A stretch of 64,000 nt of DNA from an uncultured bacterium (GTDB lineage Bacteria; Krumholzibacteriota; Krumholzibacteriia; Krumholzibacteriales; Krumholzibacteriaceae), in the NCBI GenBank assembly GCA_963786935.1, contig CAWBAN010000001.1, positions 832,001 to 896,000 of the forward strand. The letters run 5' to 3'. Positions 52,996 to 64,000 of this stretch are shown here, piece by piece (the stretch's first letter is position 1; each line of letters starts with the position of its first letter). The position numbers and the translations under genes are program-made. The notes beneath the pieces were generated by a model. The model worked only from the letters and a program-made list of their open reading frames with translations. It did not search any database and was not told the DNA's origin.

Positions 52996-55109
52996 TCGGC
53001 CCGCCCCCTTCCCCCCGCCAGGGCGGCGTACGCCGCGTACGAATCGAGGACCTTCCTCACGTACTCGCGCGTCTCGCGGGGACCGATCAGCTCGAGGGCG
53101 ACCATCGGATTCTCCGCAGGCCGGAAACTCTCCCGCCATTGCGCCATCCTGCCGTGCCCGCCGTTGTACGAGGCGAGCGCCGCGACCGCCGAGCCGTCGC
53201 ACCGGTCGAGCAGATAGCGGAAGTACTCCGCGCCCGCCCGGATGTTCTTCGCCGGATCCCGCAGGTCGTCCTCGCTCAGCCGGACGTCGTCGCGCGTGCC
53301 GGAATGCCACGACGCGGTAGCGGGCATGAGCTGCATGAGCCCGATCGCCCCGGCCCAAGAGACGACGCACGGATCGAACCTGCTCTCCTCACGGGCGATT
53401 GCGAGAATGAGGTACGGCGACATGCCGGTGAGCGCGGCGCCCGTTCGAATTTCTTCCAGAAAGGGGACGGGATACCATAGATCGGCGGGAAAGGCGCCTG
53501 TCGAATCGGTCGGCCATGTGCTCGAGAGAAGCGTCATGGCGAGCGCCCCGGAGCCGTGCCGCGTGGCTTCGGCATAGAGCTTGGACAAGCGTCCGGGAAC
53601 GGGACGGAGACGCATCCGTTCATGGCAGCTCACGGATTCGTCGCACTCCCGACGCCGAAGCAGCAGATTCTCGATACCGATCATCGCCTGCGCGATCGCC
53701 GTCGCCTCGTCGTCGAATCCGTGATCGAGGAGAGCGACGAAGGCGAGATAGGCCGGATGCCGCGCGAACCCGGGATCCACGCCCGCCGTGTCGCACCTGG
53801 CGAGACGATCCGCGGCGATGCGCGCGAGCGCAGCGATCTCGCGGGCGAGCGAGCTATCGGTCCGCGAGCTCAGGAGCCTTTCGTCCCCTCTCGCGGTCGA
53901 AGCGTAGAAGGAGCGCGGCGCGGTCCGGAGCAGGCTGTCCGACCACGTCGCACGCTCGGCATCCGAGCCGCTCGTTTTCATGAGCCAGAAAAGCGCCGCC
54001 GCCTGCTGGGTACCGCGTGTACGGGGAAGGATCTCCCGCAGAATCGCATTTGCTTCGGCGTTTCGCCCGAGCCACGACCGGAGCGCCGCTTCGCTCAGCC
54101 CGCCTTCGATCCACGGCGAGAGGAAGATGCTGCGCTCTCCGCGAAGGCGCTCCCGGAGCACGCTCCATGCGCGGAGCGCCTTCTTCCATTCCTTCTCTCT
54201 GACATGGATGCGCGCGGCACGGTCGAGGGCCGGGCCATCGCTGTAAAACGATCCCATCATGAAATAGTGCTTCGCCGAATCGTCGTAGCGCTTCAGATCG
54301 TACTCGATCGACGCGATCGCCGCGAGCGCCCGCTTCTTGGCGCTCACGGGAATAGAGGAATCGAATATTCGCCAGTATGCGCGCAGCGCCCGCTCGGGCT
54401 CTCCGGACTTCAGCAGTACGTTCGCCTTGCCGAGCAGCGCGTCGGAATCGGCCGGCTTCCTCGCGAGCACGAGATCCATCGCGGCGTTCGCCTCGAGAAA
54501 AAGGCCGAGATCGGTCGCTCTCTGCGCGAGCGCCAGAAGCGTCCAATCGGAGCATGCGGCGAGGCTCGACGCGCACCGGGAGAAGAGATCTTTGAATATC
54601 AATGAATCCGCGCGGGTCCAATGCCCCTCCGTCGCACCGTTCACGAAATGCTCCATGGCCTTTGCGGTGTCTCCCGCGGCGAGACAGGCGCGCGAGGCGA
54701 GGAAATCCACGCGGGCCGAGAGACCGAAGGCGCGTGCCGGCGGTTCGGCCGACGGCCCCGGGATGCATATGCCGCGGCTCGCCCGTGCTTCGCCGAGGAG
54801 GCTGCCCGCCCGATCGACGAAGCGGAAGTTCCGGGCGACCGCGCCGGAGTCGACGAGCGCGAAGAGCGTTTCGAGCGCCGCTTCGGCTTCCGCGTAGAGC
54901 GAGTCGCGGAGCAGACAATCCGCCCGGCAGTAGAGGCGAATAACCTCGAGATACGGATTATCGGCCGCGCGCCCGAGGAGAACAAGCGCGCTGTCGCGCG
55001 CGCCGGCTCCGTACGCGCCCAGTCCGGCCCACAGCACCCCGTCCTCGTCCGCCGCCGCCGGAGCAGCAATCAGCGCAAAAAGCGCGAAAATAAGGAACAA
55101 TCGTGGCAT
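52992..55109 (-). CDS. Soluble lytic transglycosylase (TPR-like helical region + SLT domain)
   Basis: Signal peptide; AIAREESRF (catalytic Glu), GLMQLMP, ASYNGG, ETREYV. Confidence 0.88.
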   Translation of the reverse strand: MPRLFLIFALFALIAAPAAADEDGVLWAGLGAYGAGARDSALVLLGRAADNPYLEVIRLYCRADCLLRDSLYAEAEAALETLFALVDSGAVARNFRFVDRAGSLLGEARASRGICIPGPSAEPPARAFGLSARVDFLASRACLAAGDTAKAMEHFVNGATEGHWTRADSLIFKDLFSRCASSLAACSDWTLLALAQRATDLGLFLEANAAMDLVLARKPADSDALLGKANVLLKSGEPERALRAYWRIFDSSIPVSAKKRALAAIASIEYDLKRYDDSAKHYFMMGSFYSDGPALDRAARIHVREKEWKKALRAWSVLRERLRGERSIFLSPWIEGGLSEAALRSWLGRNAEANAILREILPRTRGTQQAAALFWLMKTSGSDAERATWSDSLLRTAPRSFYASTARGDERLLSSRTDSSLAREIAALARIAADRLARCDTAGVDPGFARHPAYLAFVALLDHGFDDEATAIAQAMIGIENLLLRRRECDESVSCHERMRLRPVPGRLSKLYAEATRHGSGALAMTLLSSTWPTDSTGAFPADLWYPVPFLEEIRTGAALTGMSPYLILAIAREESRFDPCVVSWAGAIGLMQLMPATASWHSGTRDDVRLSEDDLRDPAKNIRAGAEYFRYLLDRCDGSAVAALASYNGGHGRMAQWRESFRPAENPMVALELIGPRETREYVRKVLDSYAAYAALAGGRGRAE

Positions 55110-55163
55110 AGTGCCGCACCCTTTTCCCGATAATGCGTCATCTGCTCGGATCATGCGGGGAGA

Positions 55164-55179
55164 GGCAAGTCAGGTGCCA
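55164..55179 (-). promoter_or_regulatory. sigma54 -24/-12 promoter for the SLT-NHL genes
   Basis: TGGCAC-CTGAC-TTGC core match, 55 nt upstream of the ATG and downstream of the corrected guaA stop. Confidence 0.75.
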
Positions 55180-55206
55180 GGAATAGCCGTTTGCGCCCTC
55201 CGGAGA

Positions 55207-56761
55207 CTACTCCCATTCGATCGTGCTCGGAGGCTTCGAGCTGATGTCGTACACCACCCTGTTCACGCCGGCGACCTTGTTCACTGATCTCGGCGGACAC
55301 CTGCTGGAGGAACTCGTGCGGGAGCTTCGCCCAATCGGCGGTCATTCCGTCGATGCTCGTGACGGCCCGGAGGGCCGCGACGCGATGGTACGTCCGCGAA
55401 TCCCCCATCACGCCGACGCTCCTCACCGGCAGCAGAACGGCGAACGCCTGCCAGACGCTGTCGTAGAATCCCTCCTTGAGAAGCCCGTCGATGAATATGC
55501 GGTCTGCCCTGCGCAGGATCTCGAGATCCTCGCGCGTTATCTCGCCCGGTATGCGAACGGCGAGGCCTGGTCCGGGAAACGGATGGCGCTTCACCTGTCG
55601 GTCCGGGAGCCCCAGGTACCGGCCGACCTCCCGCACCTCATCCTTGAAGAGGAGCGCGAGCGGCTCGATCAGCTCGAACTTGAGATCCTCCGGAAGCCCC
55701 CCGACGTTGTGGTGCGATTTGATCGTCGCCGACGGCCCGCCGGTCGAGCGGCTCTCGATCACATCCGGATAGAGCGTTCCCTGCGCGAGGAACTTGAACG
55801 GCCCGTGCTTCCGGCTCTGCTCGTCGAAGATATCGATGAAGCACTTTCCGATGATCTTCCGCTTCGTCTCCGAATCGACGACCCCGGCGAGCCGGCCCAG
55901 GAATTCGTCCGACGCGTCGACGAACACGAGATCGGCGGCGAGGTGCTGGGCGAGGATTTCCTTCACCTCTTCGGCCTCATGGAGCCGCAGCAGCCCGTTG
56001 TCCACGAAAACGGGGACGAGCTGCTTTCCGATCGCCCGGTCGACGAGACAGGCCATAACGGAGCTGTCGACGCCGCCGGAAACGGCGCAGAGGACGCGCG
56101 CGTCCCCGACCGTCTCGCGGATCTTCGCGATCTCCCGCTCGACGAACGACCCCGATCCCCAGTTCGGTTCGCAGCCGCAAACGTGGAAGAGAAAATTCCT
56201 GAGAATCTCGGAGCCGTACGCGGTGTGGTACACCTCGGGATGGAACTGGAGCGCATAGATTCGCTTCGCGACGCTCTCGAAGGCGGCGGGGATATCCCCC
56301 TTGGACGTCGCGACGATCTCGAAGCCGGCCGGGAGCCGCTTCACCCGGTCTCCGTGGCTCATCCACACGCGCTGCTCGGGCGGCGTCTCCTTGAAGAGCT
56401 CGCTCTCGCGGTCGATCCGGATCACCGTGTGCCCGTATTCCCGGTGATCCCCCTTCTCGACCTCTCCCCCGCCGGCGCGCGCGATGAGGTGGAGACCGTA
56501 GCATATCCCGAGAACGGGCACGCCGATAGACATAATGCCGGGATCGATCTGCGGGGATCCGGCCTCCAGCACGCTCGCGGGCCCTCCCGAAAGGATCACG
56601 CCCCACGGCTTTTCGGCCTTGATCTTCTCGATCGGTGTCTCCGGCGGAACGATGACGGAGAATACCCGCTCCTCCCTGATCCGCCTCGCGATGAGCTGCG
56701 TGTACTGCGAGCCGAAGTCCACGATGACGATCGCTTCGCCCTTCGATCCCCCTCGTTTCAC
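55207..56761 (-). CDS. guaA: GMP synthase, with an apparent +1 frameshift near the C-terminus
   Basis: [33 protein letters not shown]. The conserved [19 protein letters not shown] tail is in a different frame after about 55285. Confidence 0.93.
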
Positions 56762-56770
56762 CCGAACCCC

Positions 56771-58335
<1,565 letters not shown>

Positions 58336-58339
<4 letters not shown>

Positions 58340-59247
58340 AGATACCTCTCGATTTTAATTTCAGGGAACAGGCTCGTGAGCGCCGTCCGATAGCGCTCGG
58401 ACGTTTTGCGAACGATATCCTCCTCCAGCTTCGGCGCCGGGGGATTGTGATCCCATCCGATCGCGTCGAGATAATCGCGCACGAACTGCTTGTCGAGGCT
58501 CGGCGGAGATTCTCCGGGCCGGTACTCCTCCGCGAGCCAGAAGCGCGACGAATCGGGGGTGAGCACTTCGTCGATCAGGGCAACGCGCCCGTCGATGAAT
58601 CCGAATTCGAATTTCGTATCGGCGATGATGATGCCGCGCGCCGCCGCGTATTCGCGGGCGCGCCGGTAGATGTCGAGGCTCAGCCGGCGAACCTCATGGG
58701 CGACCTCGGCCCCGGCGATCTTCCCCGCCTCCTCGAACGTGATGTTGACGTCGTGCCCCTCGTCCGCCTTCGTCGAAGGGGTAAACAGGGGCTCCTCGAG
58801 CCGGTCGGACATCCTGAGCCCCTTGGGGAGCGGAATGCCGCAGACGGCGCCGCTCGCGAGGTACTCCTTCCACCCCGAGCCCGCGAGATACCCGCGGACG
58901 ACGCATTCGAGATCGATGCGGCGCGCCTTTCGAACGAGCATCGCGCGACCGCCGAGCTCGCGCGTGAAGGAGCGGTAGGGCTCCGGAAACACGGAGACGT
59001 CGGTTTCCATCATATGATTCGGGATGCTCGCGAGCCATTTCATCCACGCCGCGGAGAGCAGCGTGAGCACGATTCCCTTGCCCGGAATCGGCGTCGGCAG
59101 GATGGAATCGTAGGCCGATATGCGATCCGAGGCGACGATGACGAGCCGGTCGCCCAGATCGTACACGTCGCGCACCTTGCCCCTGAAGGACGGTTCGATG
59201 CCGGCGAGACCGTGCCTGCCGTTCCCGCGGATTTCATTCGTTGCCAT
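58336..59247 (-). CDS. purC: SAICAR synthetase
   Basis: GKVRDVY, DRISAYD, ECVVRGY, ADTKFEFG, DEVLTPDSSRFW, DKQFVR. Confidence 0.96.
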
Positions 59248-59860
59248 TGATGAGAATCCTCCTCCCCTCGGTCCGAAGCCTTCCCTCCGCCACCAGGCGC
59301 ACGGCCTCGGGATAGGCTCGATGCTCTTCGCGAAGAATCCGCTCGCTCAGGCTTTCGACCGTATCGCCGTCGAGGACCGGAACGACGCGCTGAATGATGA
59401 TCGGGCCCGTATCGACTCCCTCGTCGACGAAATGAACCGTGCACCCGCTATAGCGCACGCCGTACGAGAGCGCCTGCGCCTGCGCGTCGAGCCCCCTGAA
59501 GCTCGGCAGGAGCGCCGGGTGAATGTTCAGCATCCGTCCCCGGTACTTCGCCATGAGCGCTCCCTTCACGATCCTCATGAAGCCCGCGAGGCACACGAGG
59601 GAGACACCGCGCTCGGCGCAGAGACGCGCCATGCGCTCGCTCGACTCGAGAGACATCGAGCCCCTTTTCTCCCCGCAGTCGACGACGACCCGCTCGATCC
59701 CGAACACATCGGCGATCGCGATCGCCCCCGCCGTGTTCCGGTCGACGATCAGCACGGCGATTTCCGCCGGATAATCGTCGTTTCGGCACGCGCGCGCAAG
59801 GGCTTCGAAGTTGCTCCCCCTGCCCGAGGCGAGGACCGCGATCTTCGTTTTCTCCTTCAT
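59234..59860 (-). CDS. purN: Phosphoribosylglycinamide formyltransferase
   Basis: SGRGSNF, LAGFMRI, NIHPALLP, GCTVHFV, DTGPI. Confidence 0.96.
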   Translation of the reverse strand: MKEKTKIAVLASGRGSNFEALARACRNDDYPAEIAVLIVDRNTAGAIAIADVFGIERVVVDCGEKRGSMSLESSERMARLCAERGVSLVCLAGFMRIVKGALMAKYRGRMLNIHPALLPSFRGLDAQAQALSYGVRYSGCTVHFVDEGVDTGPIIIQRVVPVLDGDTVESLSERILREEHRAYPEAVRLVAEGRLRTEGRRILINGNE

Positions 59861-61662
59861 GGCACAGCATGATATCCACGCCTCGACGGCAAGTCAAGCG
59901 ATGTCGTTCGCCCGCCGATCAAACGCCATGTCAGGGCCGCTTCCCCGGCCGTTAAGAATCCCCGACGGGGGGGCGGGAAGGGCGGCCCCGTGATCTCGAG
60001 CCTCCATCGCCCGTCCGCAAGAACCTCTCCGGCCGATACCTTCCTGATGCTTCCCCCCTGCGCCGCCACTCGAGCGGAAAGCTCCGGCTCGCGCACGAGA
60101 AGGTACCGGCTGCAGAGCACCTCGTCCACGTGGATCCTCGTCATCAGATAAAAGAGGCCGTGGTTCCGGCGCAGCTGCGAGGGCGCCACGACGCATCTCC
60201 CCACGCTCCTCACCCCGGCCCCCCAGAGCGATCGCGTGAAACGGTAGGCGTCCTTCGATGAGAAATCCTCCCGCAGCAGTATGACGCCCTTCCCCGCGCC
60301 GAAATACTCGCCGCCGGCGCACGAAACGTGAAGAATCCGTTCGCGCGGCGCCGGCCGGGCGGCGGCCGGCGACCGCCTCGCCCTCATCGCCGGGACGCAC
60401 GGCGCGGCGAACGCGAGCGCGATGAGCACGACGCCGGCGTACAGCACCCGCCGCCGGCGGGGGCATGTCCTCTGCAGCGACCATACCGTCAGCGCGGCTC
60501 CGCACAGATACGCGTCGACGTTGAAGTCCCCCCGATAGAGCGCCGGATGCGGCCCGCGCGCGAGGATTCCCGGGGCCGCCTCGAGGAACCCGCACAGGGG
60601 ATTGATGCCCGGCGCGAGGAGCGCGCGAACCGGGCTCAGGGGAACGAACACATAGAGAAATCCGGCGTAGAGGAGCGCGGTGAACGGGAGCGAGACGAGC
60701 ACGTTGGCAAGCGGCGCGTACCATGAGGCGCGCGCGAAGAGACCGACGACGAGCGGCATCGTGAGAAACTGCACCGCGCAGGTTATGAGCGCGGGAAACA
60801 GGAGCGCCTTCGCCGCGGCGCCGGCGGCCCCGCCGGGAAGGCGCGCTTCGATGGGCCGCGAGAGGGGCATCGCGACGAGCGCGATGCCGCAGACCGCCGC
60901 GAAGGAGAGTTGAAAGCCGGCGTCGAAGACGATTGCCGGCTCGACGGCGATCAGGATCCACGATCCGGCCGCGAGCGCGCCGATCAGATCGGTATGCGTT
61001 CCGACGCGCCGGCACCCGATGATCGCGGCGCTCAGGAACAGGGCCCGGAGCAGCGATGCCGGAAACCCGGCGACCGCCGTGTAGGCGCACAGGATCGCGA
61101 GCAGGCAGGCGTCGCTCCCGCGCCTCGAACGGATGCACCGCGACAGGATGAATGAGAGCGGAATCGCTATCGCGCCGAGATGCATGCCGCTCAGCGCGAG
61201 CAAATGGGTGATCCCGAGATAGGAGTACGTCTCGCCGAGCTTGAAGTCCAGTCCGCGGCGGTCATCGAGAATGAGCGCGCCGACGAAGCCCCGGGCGCGC
61301 CGCGAGAGCCTGCCGTCATCGAGCGATGACAGCAGCCGGGAACGGCACCCGGCGAGGCCGCGGGAGCCGGTGACGGCCGAACGGGCGGCCCGATGATCCC
61401 CGCCGGCGTCCCGGGCGAGCCGGCCGAGCCCCGCGCACTGCCAGAGGATGATGCATGCCGCGCCGCACACGGCGAAGCGGACGACGCCCCGGGCGACATG
61501 CCGGCTCTCGAATCGGCCGTCCGGGGAGCGCCCCCGGCGATTGGCGGCCGCGGCTGACCCGATCGCGAGCCCGCATACGACGAGCGACGCCGCGAACGCC
61601 GTTCGCGCGTCCGGCGGAGCGACGAGCCCCGCAACAAAAAAGGCAGCCCACCACCGCACCAT
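59857..61662 (-). CDS. ComEC/Rec2-family competence protein
   Basis: GITHLLALSGMH, SLLRA, GFQLSFAA, LANV, many TM helices. Confidence 0.8.
   Translation of the reverse strand: MVRWWAAFFVAGLVAPPDARTAFAASLVVCGLAIGSAAAANRRGRSPDGRFESRHVARGVVRFAVCGAACIILWQCAGLGRLARDAGGDHRAARSAVTGSRGLAGCRSRLLSSLDDGRLSRRARGFVGALILDDRRGLDFKLGETYSYLGITHLLALSGMHLGAIAIPLSFILSRCIRSRRGSDACLLAILCAYTAVAGFPASLLRALFLSAAIIGCRRVGTHTDLIGALAAGSWILIAVEPAIVFDAGFQLSFAAVCGIALVAMPLSRPIEARLPGGAAGAAAKALLFPALITCAVQFLTMPLVVGLFARASWYAPLANVLVSLPFTALLYAGFLYVFVPLSPVRALLAPGINPLCGFLEAAPGILARGPHPALYRGDFNVDAYLCGAALTVWSLQRTCPRRRRVLYAGVVLIALAFAAPCVPAMRARRSPAAARPAPRERILHVSCAGGEYFGAGKGVILLREDFSSKDAYRFTRSLWGAGVRSVGRCVVAPSQLRRNHGLFYLMTRIHVDEVLCSRYLLVREPELSARVAAQGGSIRKVSAGEVLADGRWRLEITGPPFPPPRRGFLTAGEAALTWRLIGGRTTSLDLPSRRGYHAVP
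59869..59897 (-). promoter_or_regulatory. sigma70 promoter for the pur genes, inside the comEC 3' end
   Basis: TTGACT-N17-TATCAT. Confidence 0.75.
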
Positions 61663-61743
61663 TCCCCGCCTCCCTCGCTGCCGTCCCTCGTGACCCGAAC
61701 CGCGCGGCGTCCCCCGGGAACGCCCGCGCACGACCGCGCCCGG

Positions 61744-63042
61744 TCAATCGCCGCAGAAGATGACGCGGTTCTTGCCCTTCTCCTTCGCCAGATAGAGCGC
61801 CTTGTCCGCCATGCGGAGGAGATGGCTTTCGTTCTGCGCATCCTTCGGATAGATGCATCCGCCGATGCTGATCGTGACCTTCACCTTCCGCCCGTCCTCG
61901 AGCTGGTGCTCGGCGCGGGCCACGATGCCACGGATTCTCTCGGCGGTCCGCTGCGCCGACTCGGCGCCCGTTCCCGGCAGGAGCACGATGAACTCCTCCC
62001 CGCCGTACCGGAAAAGCAGATCGATCTTGCGGAGCGATTTCCGCACCGTCTGCGCGACGAGCCTCAGCACGTGATCGCCGACGTCGTGGCCGTGGCCGTC
62101 GTTCACCTTCTTGAAATCGTCGATGTCGATGATGAGAAAGCCGAGCGTCATCTTGTTGCGGTTCGCCCGTTCGATCTCGAGCGGAACCTGCATCTCGTAG
62201 TAGTTCCGGTTATGCACCTGGGTGAGACGGTCGATGGAGACCATCTTCTCGAGGTGGGCGTTGTTCTCGAGGAGACGCACGAGCCCGTCGGCGAGGATGT
62301 GGAAGTTCGACAGGGCGTTCCGGTCCGGAGGAGACTCGTCCCGCAGGTGGATCTCGAGAATCGCCCATTTGACGTCCCGCGCCATCAGGGGGATCATGAG
62401 GATCGATCTCGTACCGGGCTCCACCGCGTGGACGCTCTCGATCGTCGAGCCCTCCGCGAGCCTGACGAAGGTGTGCGGCATTCCCCCGGCGAGACAGGCA
62501 TGGTAGAGCTTGCGCTTGAGCGCCTCGGTCAGCGGCAGGAAGGCGACCCGCTCGCGCGAGAGCTCGCGGATCGCCGGAATCGCCTTGACGAACAGGAGCC
62601 GCCCCTGCGCTCCCTCGCAGATTCGCTCCGCAAGCGAGAGAAGCTCGTCGATCCTGATGACCACCGTCTTCGGCGAATCGTTCAGGGCGAGCGACGATAT
62701 GATCCCGGCGAACACCGACGGCAGAATCCCCTCGGCGCGCCGCCGCGACCCGGTTATGCTCTCCCACTCGATCGCCGTCATGGCGAGGGTCACCGTCATG
62801 GCGTTGAGCTTCGAACGATAGGAAACGGAGACGGTCCCGTCCGCCGCGCTCACCGTGCCCGTCTGGAACGCGCCCGAGCGGGCGAGATCCTCCATCGACA
62901 GGTACGCCGTCCTGACGAGCGCGAAACGGTCGCCCCCCTCGAGGATATCCTCGAGCTCGGCCCGCCGCTCGGCGGAGAGCAAATGACGCGGAACGATCCG
63001 TGAAAGAAGGTATCGATAGTCTCGTTCAATTCCTCGGTGCAT
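61744..63042 (-). CDS. GAF + GGEEF diguanylate cyclase
   Basis: DRLTQVHNR, DIDDFKKVND-GHDVGD, RKID I-site, RYGGEEF, ADKALY-AK-GKNR. Confidence 0.92.
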   Translation of the reverse strand: MHRGIERDYRYLLSRIVPRHLLSAERRAELEDILEGGDRFALVRTAYLSMEDLARSGAFQTGTVSAADGTVSVSYRSKLNAMTVTLAMTAIEWESITGSRRRAEGILPSVFAGIISSLALNDSPKTVVIRIDELLSLAERICEGAQGRLLFVKAIPAIRELSRERVAFLPLTEALKRKLYHACLAGGMPHTFVRLAEGSTIESVHAVEPGTRSILMIPLMARDVKWAILEIHLRDESPPDRNALSNFHILADGLVRLLENNAHLEKMVSIDRLTQVHNRNYYEMQVPLEIERANRNKMTLGFLIIDIDDFKKVNDGHGHDVGDHVLRLVAQTVRKSLRKIDLLFRYGGEEFIVLLPGTGAESAQRTAERIRGIVARAEHQLEDGRKVKVTISIGGCIYPKDAQNESHLLRMADKALYLAKEKGKNRVIFCGD

Positions 63043-63095
63043 GACGTGCCTTCTCCGCGCGGCGCAATCGCCGTTTATCGTTTGTGCCACCTACA

Positions 63096-63124
63096 ATTAT
63101 ACACCAGCCCCCGGGCCTTTGCCA
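63096..63124 (-). promoter_or_regulatory. sigma70 promoter for the DGC
   Basis: TGGCAA-N17-TATAAT. Confidence 0.7.
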
Positions 63125-63185
63125 CCAAAAGAACCCCCGCGGGCGCGCCGGCGCGCCGGGGGCGCGGATCCGGCGGCGCATTTCC

Positions 63186-63214
63186 TTGAATCCGATCCGG
63201 TGATCCCCTATATT
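63186..63214 (+). promoter_or_regulatory. sigma70 promoter for the MltD-like gene
   Basis: TTGAAT-N17-TATATT. Confidence 0.7.
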
Positions 63215-63237
63215 GACGAAGGTCGCGGGGAAGGAAT

Positions 63238-64000
63238 ATGAGAGTGAAATCGATTCCGGCCGTTCTGATCGTGCTCGCCATCGGCATGGGCAGCATCTGC
63301 CCGCCCGTGAGCGCGCTGGAGGCCGCCGAACGCGGCGCCGCGAGGCCGGATGACGTCTATCGCCGCTTCCCCCAGCTCCTCATGCTCGAGCAGAAGCTCG
63401 ATCGCGCCTCGTCGCACTATTATTTCGGGCAGCCGGATCTCGCCGCTTCCACCGCGGAGGATCTCCTCCAGGCCGTCGCGGCGCTCCGGACGACCTCTCC
63501 CGACCCCGCCGCCTGCGATCGCCTCGACAGCCTCGAAAGCAGGGCGCAGTGCCTGCTCCAGCGCATCGCCGACGACGAGATGGAGCGCGAGACGAGGCCG
63601 TATATCTCCTCGCTCCTCGATTCGGTCGCGCTGAACAACGTGGTCGAAGAGGAAATCGAGATCGAATACAACGACAAGACCAATCACTGGATCGACTACT
63701 TCCAGGGCCCCGGCCGGAAGCATTTCTCCCGCTGGCTCGTTCGCGTCGGCTGTTTTCAGGACGTCATCGAGCCGATCCTCATCGACGTGGGAATTCCGCG
63801 CGATCTCCTGTACCTCGCCGTCATCGAGAGCGGGCTCAACCTGAGCGCGAAATCGTACATGAAGGCGATCGGGCCGTGGCAGTTCATGACGGGAACGGGG
63901 CGGCTCTTCGGGCTGCGGATCAACTGGTGGGTCGACGAACGCAGGGACATCGTCGCCGCCACGTACGCGGCGGCCAACTACCTCAAGTATCTGTTCGATC
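63238..64000 (+). CDS. MltD-like lytic murein transglycosylase (runs off the right edge)
   Basis: Manual translation MRVKSIPAVLIV...LYLAVIESG...GPWQFM...WVDERRD. Absent from the ORF track because it is truncated. Confidence 0.88.
   Translation, partial: MRVKSIPAVLIVLAIGMGSICPPVSALEAAERGAARPDDVYRRFPQLLMLEQKLDRASSHYYFGQPDLAASTAEDLLQAVAALRTTSPDPAACDRLDSLESRAQCLLQRIADDEMERETRPYISSLLDSVALNNVVEEEIEIEYNDKTNHWIDYFQGPGRKHFSRWLVRVGCFQDVIEPILIDVGIPRDLLYLAVIESGLNLSAKSYMKAIGPWQFMTGTGRLFGLRINWWVDERRDIVAATYAAANYLKYLFD

Overview
A 64 kb stretch of core chromosome from a high-GC diderm bacterium. Marker proteins (long PPXD insertion in SecA, DUF3078, Ig-like lipoprotein, metallo/WD40-Omp85) suggest an FCB-related candidate phylum; this is inference only. 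About 49 CDS and 2 tRNAs are present. All lie on the minus strand except rpsT and a partial MltD-like gene at the right edge. Content: lipid synthesis (plsY, gpsA, cmk-plsC fusion), tRNA modification (miaA, miaB, mtaB, trmFO), repair and segregation (mutS, mutL, uvrC, xerC, xerD, scpAB, topA), translation (rpsA, rpsT, proS, der, rluB), secA, and purN-purC-purH-guaA. No mobile element or CRISPR array was seen. Housekeeping genes have clear sigma70 promoters. Three sigma54-type -24/-12 elements sit in front of uncharacterised genes: an SLT-NHL pair, a TPR / J-domain-TPR pair (followed by a PP2C-like-TM-beta-propeller gene), and a GAF / degenerate-GGDEF protein with an IHF consensus hidden in the mutS 3' end. 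This candidate sigma54-controlled envelope/signalling module is the best lead. Other notable signals: an 8-Cys insertion in SecA, a dif-like site inside xerD, an S9 peptidase lacking its catalytic His, and a +1 frameshift in guaA.
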